A stretch of DNA of 64,000 bases from Octopus vulgaris (taxonomy: Eukaryota), in the NCBI GenBank assembly GCA_951406725.2, contig OX597819.1:132990001-133054000 (forward strand). Direction: 5' to 3'. The position numbers were made by a program, and so were the translations under genes. Below the pieces are notes generated by a model. It saw nothing but the letters and a program-made list of their open reading frames with translations. It had not been told where the DNA came from and did not search any database. Every line of letters begins with the position of its first letter. Within the stretch, counting starts at the first letter, position 1. Shown here in pieces: positions 12,010-25,145 of the stretch.

Positions 12010-12767
12010 TAATTTCCAGTTTTATAAATCGGCTCACACTTCTCAAGTCGAATTCATTCCAGTAAATACTTTCCTTTCTCATTTTTCATCTTTGGCTTTT
12101 GCGCAGACCCTTTCTTCATCGAGTGAGGGTCCTGAGTCCATTGTGCGCCCCAGATATCTGAATGTCTGCATAGTTCAGGCTTTTGCAATCGATGATGATG
12201 GAAGAAGTGGGGAACTGATTAAATAGTTGTTGTTGTTGTTTTATACCACTGATTTGCTTGGGGATGGATCTTAGCTGGTGGACAATTTAGCTGTTTCTAA
12301 AGCTGGTCGTGGGACAACAAAAGCTTTCCTCACATTAAGGATACTATTAACACGTCCCTGTGCGTCTTTGCTAAATGCTACATCAAGTGTAACATCAACA
12401 ACAGACTGGAAGTCATGTATCATTGGCATCCAGACAAATATTTCGGCTTTAAAGCGATGACGAATGAAAAGGGCGCCCTGATACGACAATTAAATGCACA
12501 TAAGTACTATATTAGAGGAAATTTGTACGCTTATCCAGTAGAAGCATATGTCCGATTGGAGTCTAATGTGAATTCAATGAGAATAATTCCAAATATGTAT
12601 AATTATCCATTCTTCTTGACGAGGCTTTGAGTACCATATAACGGTTTATCTAAAACAATTCTGCAACTCTGTATACTCCCTGTTATTTGATGTAGTTAGC
12701 CAGATCTGGATTATATTAAAGTTTTAATAACGTACTTGCCCGGATTCCAAATCCCTATTCTCTTACG

Positions 12768-12802
<35 letters not shown>

Positions 12803-13313
12803 ATAAATATTACCATATTTATTTATAGATGCCATAAATACATGGAAATATGTTTTTAACACACATTTCTAAACGACTTATTTCTTTGGTTGTCTGTACC
12901 AATCCACAGACATCACATGTTGCTCTTATGTATGATTGGTGTGTGTGTTTATGTATGTGTATGTATGTGTATGTGTGTACGTATGACTGGTGTGGGAAAT
13001 ATGGAAAGTAAAATGCATGAACATATACTTCGAGTTTGTGACTTTTAAACTAACTAAAGGTCTGAGAGTGAAATAGGAAATCTAAACAATAAAGCCATTC
13101 TTAGAGAAATGGCGAAAGGATTTGAGTATTATTGACGTTGAACTCGGCTGCTGAAAGAAACAAACACTGCTACACGGATATTTTAACCGTTTACACGCAC
13201 ACACGTACATTTACATATGTATCTGCGGATATATATATGTATATATTTGTACATGTATAGACGTATGTATATGTGTACATATCTACACATTTATATGCAT
13301 GCATATGTGTGTT

Positions 13314-13361
<48 letters not shown>

Positions 13362-14307
13362 TTTATATATGTATGGATACATATGTATATATGTATCAGA
13401 TGTCTGTACTATATGCGTGCGTAATTGTATGTATGCAACAATATACGCACAAACAGCGCCATACATATTTAACCGTAAATAAGTACATCTCTTTTGAAAT
13501 GCGCAAGGAAAAGTTTTCTATGGCAGATCAACGCTAAGGTTCCATGAAAGTCATTGAATGCCAGGATATTGAATAACGGTGAGCGGTGTCAGTAGAAGCA
13601 TAGCATACATCTGTCATATCACAAGTCCAGTCGAGGCTCTTGGGGAAACGTTCTCGGTTTCTCTTTTTTATGAGTTTTCAGATTTTCGCTTGTGAGCAGA
13701 GATTCTAGAATACATGGAATTGACGGATCGTATTTTATTATTCTAGTTATTTTAGATTTTGTTTACGCAGGATGTAGGCTGCAGTTGTTTTTGCTTTTCT
13801 GTCAGTTTCGTATAATAAAACAGTAAAGAAACATATCTTTGTGTTATACATGTTACAAGTGTCGCCCGGTAACATGTATGACACAATATTTCTTAGCTGA
13901 TATCAAATACATCAGCGTTACTATTACAAAACATACAAATCTATTTTCAGTTTAGTAATGGTAAGATAACAAAAATATAATGGTGCGGTAAATTGTTAGA
14001 CAAGCGACGTGGAAGTGGATGACGAAATATATTACCATATTCTCTTCGTACATTCTCGTAATGAATTTAAAGAGTTTGCGATGAGTTATTTTATGAAAGA
14101 CAAATCTAGATTATTCTGTTGTTTTTTTTACTATAAAATAGATTTTTTAGAATATATGAAATATATTTTTAGTAATATTTTACTAAACTTGAAACGTAAA
14201 CATATGTTAACATTTGTTAAATATTAATCTTGACAGTTTAAACATTTTGACACTTTTAAAAAGAAATAATTCGTATGCATACATACATGATATATACATA
14301 CATAAAC

Positions 14308-14350
<43 letters not shown>

Positions 14351-15022
14351 TGCATACTTACATTCACACACACACATAATATATATAAACTATATATGTT
14401 TTATGGACTCATATGTAAGCACATAGAATTAATAAAATACAGAAAAAGTATAGTATTTTATGCTTTATAAAACAAACTAGCATTTCGGTAAATTTACTGT
14501 TAGGATTATTTAAATTGTTTGTTGAACATTATACAATATTATTTATTTAATTCCTCAGCGTTTAGCAAGTAGAAAATTAGAATATAAAAAACAGACTTCA
14601 GTGCTTCAAGATATTTTTCCGCTTGGCAAATTAGCGGAGGATCGGAGCGCAGGGTACAGGAGAGCATGAGAAAGCAGAGAGAATGCTGAACGTGGAGACC
14701 ATGCCCATCCATACCTATGTGGACAGGTACACACTCATTACCAATCCTCTCTCTGTCTCTGTCTCTCTCTGTCTCTCTCTCTCTCTTTATATATATACGA
14801 TAAAGAGGAGGGAAGAAGGAGACCGCCTCAGTGTAGACAAGACATCTCCAGCATCAACCACCCCAACTCAAACGGCAGGAACATCTCCTATGATATAGAA
14901 ATAGCAAGAACAGCCCTATTCATGAATCGAGGCAGAGGAAGCTACGGGTCAGCTCGGAGTTAAGTTGATGGCATCGGCTTCTGTTAGTTTGCTCTCTGGC
15001 AGACAAACAAAAGTCGGGTCGA

Positions 15023-15023
<1 letters not shown>

Positions 15024-15053
<30 letters not shown>

Positions 15054-15136
15054 AAGAAGAAGAAGAAGAAGAAGAAGAAGAAGAAGAAGAAGAAGAAGAA
15101 GAAGAAGAAGAAGAAGAAGAAGAAGAAGAAGAAGAA
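15024..15136. repeat. (GAA)n microsatellite
   Basis: Direct reading; explains the poly-R/L/S ORFs here. Confidence 0.95.
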
Positions 15137-15704
15137 AGAGAAGAGTCATGCTTGCTAAATAGAGATAAAAGAATTAGACCAAATAGAGATATATATAAAT
15201 ACTTAAGAATCAACGAACGAGACACTGTGTACACATCAAAGAACATATAAATATGAAACATTAAGGATGTTTTGCATTGTATGGTATTAAATTGTATTGT
15301 ATTGTTATTATATCGGTTTTTTTTAATGACGTAATAGAGTTTAGAATTATAAGTCACCCAGTGCTGCGTTAAATGCTGTGCCGAGCCTTCACTTCCGAGA
15401 ATGATGGTTGTATCGGAAAATCTCTCCTTGCTGCAGTTGTTGATTTACAAAGGTTCAAACGAAGAACATTGGTTTCGAACTCATCGGTCGATGGCCGGCA
15501 GCCGCTGCAAAAAGCATGGAGTCTCTCTCTCTCTCTCTCTCCCTCCAAATCTAGCAAGTTATGCATGCACACACACACACACACGCACACATGTATGCAT
15601 ACATATATACATATAAATGTACACACATATAAATGCATACACATATACCTACACTTGCCCCTCACGTGATGGTATTTTAATAATACCATCCCTTCTTTAT
15701 TTAC

Positions 15705-15748
<44 letters not shown>

Positions 15749-15802
15749 GTTTAAATATTTGTTGTGCAAGATTTTTTATGTGAAGTCGTGTGTTGAAACA
15801 GA

Positions 15803-16479
15803 TATTGTTATATTTCGGAATGGTCATATTGCCAGTTTAGCCAATAAAAACACACGCACTATATATTTGGTGTTATTTTGCTTCAGTGATATTTATTTTT
15901 TACATTAATCTTAATCTTATTTCGGCCAAAGTTCTTTCGTCACACTCCTGTGACCGCATCAGTGGTCCTTTGTTTTCTTCTCACTTACTTGTGTCTCTCC
16001 TTATTATTATTATTAGATTTATTATTATTATTACTAATATTGTTGTTATACATACATACAAGCATATGTAATGATAATAATGGGTGGATGTAAACACATG
16101 AACAAAATTAGAAAAAAAGCAACAACAACAAAAACAAAATACAAATTACAAGAATGTATATAACCAGAAGATACAAATATTACAGGCATCCCCCCACACA
16201 CACTAAATAAACATAGGCGCACATAGAGATATAAGCATGCGCAAATGAAGACATACAATAGAAATACAAAATGGCTGACGGTTAGTAAGGAGAGACACAA
16301 GTAAGTGAGAAGAAAACAAAGGACCACTGATGCGGTCACAGGAGTGTGACGAAAGAACTTTGGCCGAAATAAGATTAAGATTAATGTAAAAAATAAATAT
16401 CACTGAAGCAAAATAACACCAAATATATAGTGCGTGTGTTTTTATTGGCTAAACTGGCAATATGACCATTCCGAAATAT

Positions 16480-16485
<6 letters not shown>
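15803..16485. mobile_element. Element with ~200-bp inverted arms, each carrying an outward-facing HHR-like motif; right end in (TA)n
   Basis: 15803-16003 is the reverse complement of 16285-16485; ORFs 15886+ and 16203- share an identical translation. Confidence 0.85.
16321..16365 (+). ncRNA. Variant minimal hammerhead-like motif (mirror copy 15924-15968, minus strand)
   Basis: GGACCA-CUGAUGCG-GUCACA(GGAG)UGUGAC-GAAAG-AA-CUU/UGGCC; core deviates (A9 replaced by C). Confidence 0.55.
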
Positions 16486-16540
<55 letters not shown>

Positions 16541-16545
<5 letters not shown>

Positions 16546-16633
16546 TATAACAATAAAGGTTTTACAACAATTGCTTGACCACATACCGAAAATTTTAGAA
16601 ATAGCAGCCAAAGGACTACTATTTCCTTTTTCT

Positions 16634-16640
<7 letters not shown>
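16541..16640. mobile_element. Fragment of the same family as 47960-48573, adjacent to (TA)n
   Basis: GACCACATACCGAAAATTTTAGAAATAGCAGCCAAAGGACT resembles 48087-48127. Confidence 0.65.
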
Positions 16641-16705
<65 letters not shown>

Positions 16706-16708
<3 letters not shown>

Positions 16709-17070
16709 GTGTAGGAAGAAACGAAGATTTAACAAAATTCCTTTTTATTATTTTCTACATATGTTTCAAAAGCTGCAAAGTCCCTAATTCGGATTGAATA
16801 AGGAGTCCATTTTGCAGCCTTCTCTTCAGGAAGGCTGCAAAATGGACTCCTTATTCAATCCGAATTAGGGACTTTGTAGCTTTTGAAACATATGTAGAAA
16901 ATAATAAAAAGGAATTTTGTTAAATCTTCGTTCAGCTCCATTTCTTCCTACACTAAATATATAAAACTTCAAATTTCCGCACTAAGGCACGGATTTTAGG
17001 CCCCATGGTCGTAACCTCAATCGTGCTTTTTCTGTTGTGATTTTTGCTACCCAGGTGTCGGTTATCATTA
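16706..17070 (+). mobile_element. Palindromic HHR element (same family as 55918-56431) next to (TA)n
   Basis: About 16701-16822 and 16830-16963 are inverted copies; tail TTTGCTACCCAGGTRTCGGTTA is shared with about 56369-56390. Confidence 0.85.
16753..16832 (-). ncRNA. Type I hammerhead ribozyme with long helix II
   Basis: UUC-CUGAAGA-GAAGGCUGCAAA...UUUGCAGCUUUU-GAAAC-AUAU-GUA/GAA. Confidence 0.75.
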
Positions 17071-17074
17071 CTAT

Positions 17075-17340
17075 AACCACGGGTCGACCAAAGTCTTTGT
17101 AGATGGAAACAGAAAGAATCTCGTTATATATATATATGTTTATGTGTCTGTTTTGTTCTCCCACCATTTGTTAACCGATGTTGGTATGTTTACGTCCCCG
17201 TATCTAGCGGTTCGGTAAAAGAGACCAATAGAATAAGTACTAGGCTTACAAAGAATAAGTTCTGGGATCGATTTGTTCGACTAAAGGCGGTGCTCCAGCA
17301 TGGACGTAGTCAAATGACTGAAACAATAAAAAAAAAAGAA
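17075..17340 (+). mobile_element. 5'-truncated SINE (family of 2049-2459)
   Basis: Shared body TAGAATAAGTACTAGGCTTACAAAGAATAAG and tail GCTCCAGCATGG..GTCAAATGACTGAAAC. Confidence 0.75.
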
Positions 17341-17427
17341 TATGTATGTATATATGTATGTATATGTGTAAGACCTATTTATAGATGTAAAATATTCACA
17401 GCCTTGGTTTTTTATCTCATTTAAAGA

Positions 17428-17457
<30 letters not shown>

Positions 17458-17464
<7 letters not shown>

Positions 17465-18859
17465 TTAAAATTACTAAGTCTCTCTAAAAGAGATTACGGC
17501 AACGTTCCTGGAAATTAATAGTTATCGCCATACTAATATGGCATTCTTATAAAAATAAGAAAAAAGCTGTCCGCTTATTAGCTCCATGAGGCCATCGCCT
17601 TAAGTTAGCTATTCGATACACAAACTGTATCCATATAACCTTCGAACAAGGGAGGTCAGTCGCTCCACACTACTTGACCGACAGCTACAGACGCGTTTCA
17701 GGGTATTTGCCCTTTGTCAATGCAGCGTAGTCAGACCCAGTAGGTGTCGCTTCTGACTATCTCTGTTCGAAGGTTTTATTTACCTAGTTTCGGTGGAATA
17801 CATCCACTTGTTTTCAATAACAGAAATATTAAAATTACTAAGTCTCTCTAAAAGAGATTACGGCAGCGTTCCTGGAAATTAATAGTTTTTCGCCATACTA
17901 ATATGGCATTCTTATAAAAGTAAGAAAACAGCTGTCCGCTTATTAGCTCCATGAGGCCATCGCCTTAAGTTAGCTATTCGATACACAAACTGTATCCATA
18001 TAACCTTCGAACAAGGGAGGTCAGTCGCTCCACACTACTTGACCGACAGCTACAGACGCGTTTCAGGGTATTTGCCCTTTGTCAATGCAGCGTAGTCAGA
18101 CCCAGTAGGTGTCGCTTCTGACTATCTCTGTTCGAAGGTTTTATTCACCTAGTTTCGGTGGAATACATCCACTTGTTTTCAATAACAGAAATATTAAAAT
18201 TACTAAGTCTCTCTAAAAGAGATTACGGCAGCGTTCCTGGAAATTAATAGTTATCGCCATACTAATATGGCATTCTTATAAAAATAAGAAAAAAGCTGTC
18301 CGCTTATTAGCTCCATGAGGCCATCGCCTTCAGTTAGCTATTCGATACACAAACTGTATCCATATAACCTTCGAACAAGGGAGGTCAGTCGCTCCACACT
18401 ACTTGACCGACAGCTACAGACGCGTTTCAGGGTATTTGCCCTTTGTCAATGCAGCGTAGTCAGACCCAGTAGGTGCCGCTTCTGACTATCTCTGTTCGAA
18501 GATTTTATTTACCTAGTTTCGGTGGAATACATCCACTTGTTTTCAATAATAGAAATATTAAAATTACTAAGTTTCTCTAAAAGAGATTACGGCAGCGTTC
18601 CTGGAATTCGAACAGAGATAGTCAGAAGCGACACCTACTGGGTCTGACTACACTGCATTGACAAAGGGAAAATACCCTGAAACGCGTCTGTAGCTGTCGG
18701 TCAAGTAGTGTGGAGCGACTGACCTCCCTTGTTCGAAGGTTAAATGGATACAGTTTGTGTATCGAATAGCTAACTTAAGGCGATGGCCTCATGGAGCTAA
18801 TAAGCGGACAGCTTTTTTCTTATTTTTATAAGAATGCCATATTAGTATGGCGATAACTA

Positions 18860-18863
<4 letters not shown>
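17458..18863 (-). repeat. Array of three 364/365-bp units + partial unit + inverted arm, between (TA)n tracts; retrozyme/Penelope-like
   Basis: Units start at 17458, 17822, 18187, 18551; inversion at GAATTC (18604-18609); 18607-18863 is the reverse complement of part of the unit. Confidence 0.93.
17684..17726 (-). ncRNA. Type I minimal hammerhead with U3-A8 core (copies 18049-18091 and 18413-18455 minus; 18652-18694 plus)
   Basis: GCUGCA-UUGACAA-AGGG(CAAAUA)CCCU-GAAAC-GC-GUC/UGUAGC; 6-bp helix I, palindromic ACGCGU, GUC triplet. Confidence 0.78.
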
Positions 18864-18920
<57 letters not shown>

Positions 18921-18925
18921 ATATA

Positions 18926-19940
18926 TCAGGTCATTAAGAATGAAATCTCTGATTTTCTTATGTACTAATTTTGACAGTCATTAACTCTAATGTTTTATCC
19001 TGACAATTCTTTGTTCTACAACATTGAAGAATTACATCATCACTTTTCAAAATGCAATTCATGGTGTCTGATTATATTGTGATTTTCCTCTTATAAATCA
19101 ACTTTTGTGAACCCATGGATAGATCAAAAATTTGTGTTGTTTATGAATATGAGTTCCATTGTGGAACCAATGCATCCCAGACAGTTCGAAACATCAATGA
19201 GGTGTTTGGTGAAGATGTGGCAAATGAGTGCACTGTACATCGATGGTTTGAGAGGTTTGGGTCTGGTGACTATACTCTTGAAACTCAGCCCCATGGTAGA
19301 CCTGAGACCAAGGTGGATAATGATGAGCTAGAAACTGTAGTGGCAGGGGATACATCTCACACTACATGTGAGTTAGCAGCAAGGTTTGATGTTTCGATTC
19401 CAACTGTATTGGACCAACTGAAACACATCAGCAAAGTAAAGAAGCTGGACAAGATGGGCACCACATGAACTGAACGAACATCAAATGGCTCGTCGTCTTG
19501 AAACTTGCTGTTCTTTGCAGTCACGGCATAAAAGCGAACCATTTTTGTATCGTATTGTTACGTGTGATGAGAAGTGGCTTCTTTTCAACAGTAGCAAGCG
19601 TTCTGCACCTTAGCTGGATAGTGACGAAGTGCCAAAGCACAATCCAAAACAGAGTGTTCACCAATAAAAGCTAATGATGTGTGTTTGGTGGTCCAGCACT
19701 GGTGTCATCCACTACAGCTTCATGAGATCTGGTAAGTCAATTACAGCGAATGTATACATCAAACGATTGGATGAAATGATGAGTGAATTTGCAATGAAAC
19801 AACCAGGATTGGTCAATAGAGATAAGTCAATTCTCTTGCAAGACAATGCTCGACCACATGTTGCACAAAGAACGATACTCAAGTCACAGGAACTGAACTT
19901 GGAATTACTGTCATCCACCATATACACCAGACCTTACATC
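18926..19940 (+). mobile_element. Decayed mariner transposon (DD34D-type transposase pseudogene), 3'-truncated
   Basis: HTH N-terminus in ORF 19115-19468; frameshifted WAPHEL, IVTCDEKW, LQDNARPH, HPPYTPDL motifs; in-frame stops. Confidence 0.9.
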
Positions 19941-20750
19941 ATGTTTTCCAGGTATTAGAATGGTTGCTTAGCACTAGGTCCAAAATACTTTGGTTATTTC
20001 TGGTTGGTTCATGGACGAGTTGTGAGAGGAAAAAATTATCAATAAATTTAAAAAGTAACTCTACTGCTGCCTCGTCTGAACTTGAGGTGAACGTTCCTGG
20101 TCTAACAATATCAGTTGACCAGTCTACAGAGGGGAGGTTGAAGTCGTGCATCAATAGAATGTTTCCTTGGTTACTTTGCAGGAGGAAAGATTTGAGGCAC
20201 TCTTGGAAATAGTGTAAGGGAGCTTGTGTGTGTGTGTGTGTGTGTGGTGGGGGCTCTGTAGAGCCCAATCACAGACAGGTCTTTACTTTTGTTGTGTACA
20301 GAGACTGATTCGCAGTAGCCGTTGGAGAAAATGTCCTTGGCATCTGCGCTAAAAGAATCATAGAGGAAAATAACAACTGTGCCCTTTCTTTGGCCTGCCC
20401 GATCAGGGCGCATGGCAGCGAAGTGTCTGATTTTCAGTTCAACCTCTAAATGGCGGTCGTTTAGATGGGTCTCAGTTAGGACAAAGGAAGGCATTCGGTG
20501 TGTGTGCGTGCTGCAAGCCATCCCTCAGTGTAGGGTGTTTTCCATTTTTGAGCCTTGATGGTTGACATCTCGGATATTAAGGAGGAACTTCATTGCAGCA
20601 GCTTCGTTGTGTTTCTTAAGGATCCGCACATCATGTTTGTTGTTGTTGTTGTTGTTGATATTGTTGTTGCTACTCAGTGGCAGTAGCAAGGTTGTTTTTC
20701 GCTTTCGGTTGGTAGCAGAGGTTGAGCACTTCTCCGGGTTTCAATCGCCA
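19941..20750 (-). mobile_element. APE endonuclease region of a decayed LINE abutting the truncated mariner
   Basis: LTETHL..RPDRAGQRKG..GLYRAP..HDFNLPSVDW..QLVHEPTR..ILDLVLSN across ORFs 20171-20521 and 19939-20268. Confidence 0.85.
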
Positions 20751-20808
20751 CATTCAACATGGCTGAAAAAGAAGTTTGGTTTTTATATGTACATATACAT
20801 ATACATAT

Positions 20809-20901
<93 letters not shown>

Positions 20902-20919
20902 TACATACATATATACATG

Positions 20920-20956
<37 letters not shown>

Positions 20957-21011
20957 ATATAAATATATTAATATATAAAAGTATATATATATATATACAC
21001 ACGCACACACA

Positions 21012-21050
<39 letters not shown>

Positions 21051-21241
21051 CATAGATATATTCATGTATACGCACATACACAAATACACACATACGCGCG
21101 TTTATATATTCATAATATACATTAAATATTATTCAAAAGAGAGGAATTTTATTGATACACATTATCTCAGTAATGCCATATAGCTCACACATACCAGCAC
21201 CCACAACCATTTTATATATCCTCATATGTATGCAAGCAGTG

Positions 21242-21272
<31 letters not shown>

Positions 21273-23992
21273 CACGCACACACACTTACTCTCTCTCTGT
21301 CTCTCTCTCTCTCTCACACACACACATAATTCTATGTCGACACTTTTCGCTGTGTACTGAAAAGATTACTTGGTGACGCTTGTAAAATAAAATAAAATTG
21401 AAACTGTATTAATCAGAGCGGCGTCGATAGATAATTTTAAAAATATTATGTGCGACTGTGAATGATTTGTGAAAGAAACAGATAACGCTGACAGGAGCAA
21501 ACACAGACGTTTCATGGAAGTCGGTTGCTAAGTGTAACACTGACAGCACACTCATCTACTTACACCACTCAGTTTACGCACACACACACACACACATACA
21601 CGTATACCTACACACACACACACACACACACTCACAAATACACACACATGCACACACATACGCACACATCGTTGAGCGGTGCGAATTTTATGGCTTCACA
21701 ATAATTCCATATACTTTTATATTCCTTCTTTATTTATTGTCGGTCATCACAATATGGCGGTGATGCCTGTAATTATGTTTCTTTCTGCTTTCCAACTGAT
21801 GTTGATTATGGCGAAGGCGATAATGTTTATAACGATCAGTCGTCGTCGTCGTCGTCAGCTTATCCCCGTGATAGTCGTAATTTTCTGTATCACTCGACTT
21901 TGCTACTGCACTTACAGTCAAAATATTCTTAGTTACACAAGCACCAAGCATAAAAGGAATGCACGAAGCTTAAAAGAATGTTTGGTGCATATAAATGTGC
22001 TATCGATCTGTCGTGTCTCTTCAGCCAAAATGATACTCATTTCGGTGAAATGAATTACACAAAGCGACTCTATAAAACAGACGATAACAAAGTAGCGCTC
22101 AGATATACACATATCTATACTCACATAACAAACAAAGTTCACAAGACAGTATTTACATGTTATTGCTGAGAAAAATATAAAGTGACTAATAAATTGACTG
22201 CTAGATAACTTGCTCGAAACTCGGAATCGTTCTTTGTCGCCAATGGTTCAAATTATGGTTTTTAATTCAAGTTTCAAAAGAATATCCGAGAAAATATTTT
22301 GGCACCTGTCTTGTAATATCTTCGTATATTCTATATTCAACATGAAAATTACAGTTTTGTTCTGAGAAATCTGACGTGTAATAAGCTTAAGAAGTTTCTC
22401 TTTCGGGTTGCATTTATACTGACATCCAGGAGGAATATTGGTGTAATGTGCAGATTATTAAAACGGAAATATTTGAATGTGTACGCGTGCTCGCGCATGC
22501 GTGCGTGAGTTAGAGAGTGAAGTGTTAGAGACACCTTAGTATTAATTCCAGAGTAAATGAATAGAAAACAGTCAATTGATAACCAAAGCCACATCTAGAA
22601 ATACATCATTAATAATTTGACTTGAGTTTTATAGTTTCTTTCAAAGAGTGTTTGAAACGCAATTGTCTCGGCATCAACTTTGGAAAACTGGGGTTCGCAA
22701 AGCTAATGGCGGAGATGATTAAAATTCCACATAAACGCCATTTAGATGCGTTACCACGCTGCACCATCTTTCTATTAGCTTTGGTAATTCCTAAGTTTTA
22801 TTTTGTCTTTCTGTGCCATTAAAATCAATGAAGTTTAATTGTCTCCGTCCTCAATTAAGGTGTAGCAGCCTCTAAAACATACGATCTGGTCTGTTGATCG
22901 GTATGACAGAAGTGGCCACCCAAGCCTGCTTTGCGTTCAGTAACTACAAGAAAGCGAGTTATTTTCCCCTTTTACACTCAGAGTGAGATGTTTCGACCCC
23001 TCATGAAACAGATGTTGTGTTTACCATTAAAGCCATCTTGATCATTCATTGTCCACTTTTCGCTTCCACAGAGAGCAACGTTCGTTGTCGTTAACCTGAA
23101 GAAAATCAGATTGGTCGGCATTGCGATACCTGATTGCCAGATTCTTTGAAGCTCGTCAAAGTTCTCCTTTGCTTAAACATAATGTAAAATGTAAGTGGCT
23201 CTCCATCAGTTTCGACGACGAGTTGATCAACTGACTTACATTCTCATTGAATTAGTCTAGAAGTGGCTAAGTGCTGCAGAAACTCACGGACCCTTTACTT
23301 ACACATGAACTTGAATCAATGTGACTCAGCGTATGATAGAATTAGACGATTGTATTAGAGGTAACGTACGTGAACAAGCTTCAGCACAGTTTCCATATAT
23401 CCAATTTCACTCACGAACTTGGGTAAAACAGATTTTAGATAACACTTGAGCAAGATGTCAGGCAGTGGATTCGAAATCGAAACTTGGTGATTGTAAAACG
23501 ACCTTCTTACTCTTAAGACCATCCTGCATCCGTTGTTTTGGGAGACAGCAACACACGTATTCATGTGTTCACATAACTGTGCCAAGCAATTGCACAAACA
23601 CACACGCAAAAGTATGCATGAAGGAAGACACGAGTAAGAGGATGTGGCTCAGAAGTATTGCATGATAATCACCATGTTCCGAGTTAGCTGACGGTTCGTG
23701 ACGTTTTGGGCAATGCGACTTGAAGCATACATCGCCAAAACACATTGACAGTGGATCTGGGGGCAGAAAGAGAGAAAGAGAAAGAGAGAAATGTTAGGAT
23801 TGCGACAGACACGTTCCTCTTCCTTGTTCTCTCACTGTTTGATTATGTGTGTGCGTATGTTCTATTTATGCATATGTATAGAAGAGATGTGTTTGTCTAT
23901 CGATTACAATTAATAAATTGGAATGTATATGTATGTATGTATGTATGTATCTATCCATCTATCCATCCATCCATCCATCCATCCATCCATCC

Positions 23993-24043
<51 letters not shown>

Positions 24044-24295
24044 CGTACGTGTATATCGCTCGCGCGTGTATTTGTCTCCAGTGTCCAAACGTACAGTTAC
24101 AAAATAAAAGCTTTCCTCAGGACAGGTTCAATGCATTGCCAGCCGTGCCAAACTGACAACGGTCCAAACAGCCGCGCTCGATCGCCTTATTCTGCCCAGA
24201 ATGACTGCAGTTCTGAGTCATTCCAATATCTTTCAGCTGGTTTATGATAGTGCTGCTGAGGAAGGACCAAACAAGGAAGACGTTATCGAGATATG

Positions 24296-25145
24296 TAGGG
24301 TGTTCGTGCTAAGTTTGACAGCTTAAAAAGGGAAGAAAAAGAATAACCTACCCAAAAATGAAAGTATTTAAATAAATGAAAAATATCAACTGAATTATAG
24401 CTGTGAATTAACAACTTACTCAAGCTAAACAGTTTCAACTTCCACCACGGCTTTAAGACACTTCCAGAGACTGACGCATTCTTCTTTTCTGTGTCAAAAA
24501 GATTCTCCTGGATCTTGTCCACCAGTTCGGCCTTCGTTTTGCGGGCAGAGGGATTGGTGTCTTTCTCAATCGTGCCCTGAATAGGGTAATCCGTGGTATT
24601 ACAATCAGAGGAACTAGGAGGACAGACATTGGCGCTGGTGAAGTCGTAGAAATTCTTCGACAATCACTTTTTACTCTTTCCGCAACCATGGCAAAGGCCA
24701 GAATCCTGCTATAACACATGGCTCTCCAGCAGCAACTCTCTCCAGCCAGTGATTCATCACAGTTTCCATCAGCTTCACTTTGCCCTCTGAATTGAGTCTC
24801 AAGCTGTGTTCATCAGACGTTGGATGAATTGTGGCGCGCAGATGCTGTCAAAACACCTGCTCTATCCTTTGTTGCTGTCCACGGCTTCGTGGTCGTCATT
24901 GCAGCTGTCCACGTCATGTCGACCGCCTTTACAGTGTTCACAGAGCATTGCACAGCAGTCATGATGTCGGCGTTTTGATATCCGGCGCGAATCCTCATGA
25001 TACCGGTAACTCATTTCCAATATTCAGACGCCAGTCCTCCATGTCAACTACGACTTTCACATTTATGCTCTTCAACGCCGTTGACTATACACTAATACAT
25101 CAAGCTGTTCTTAAAAGCAGGAAGAGTCAAAATCGTCATATGTAC
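24296..25145 (-). mobile_element. Decayed Tc1/mariner-superfamily transposon
   Basis: CPPSSSDCNTTDY resembles the WPPxSPDxNPxDY motif; N-terminal HTH-like IRAGYQNADIMTAVQCSVNTVKAV; several frameshifts. Confidence 0.65.

Noticed and set aside
12271-12630. Short ORFs as possible host exons
   Set aside because: No recognisable domain or convincing splice pattern; cannot be supported without RNA-seq or homology search
6639-18863. Tandem arrays as CRISPR-like loci
   Set aside because: Units are fully repeated with no unique spacers; eukaryotic context and no cas genes
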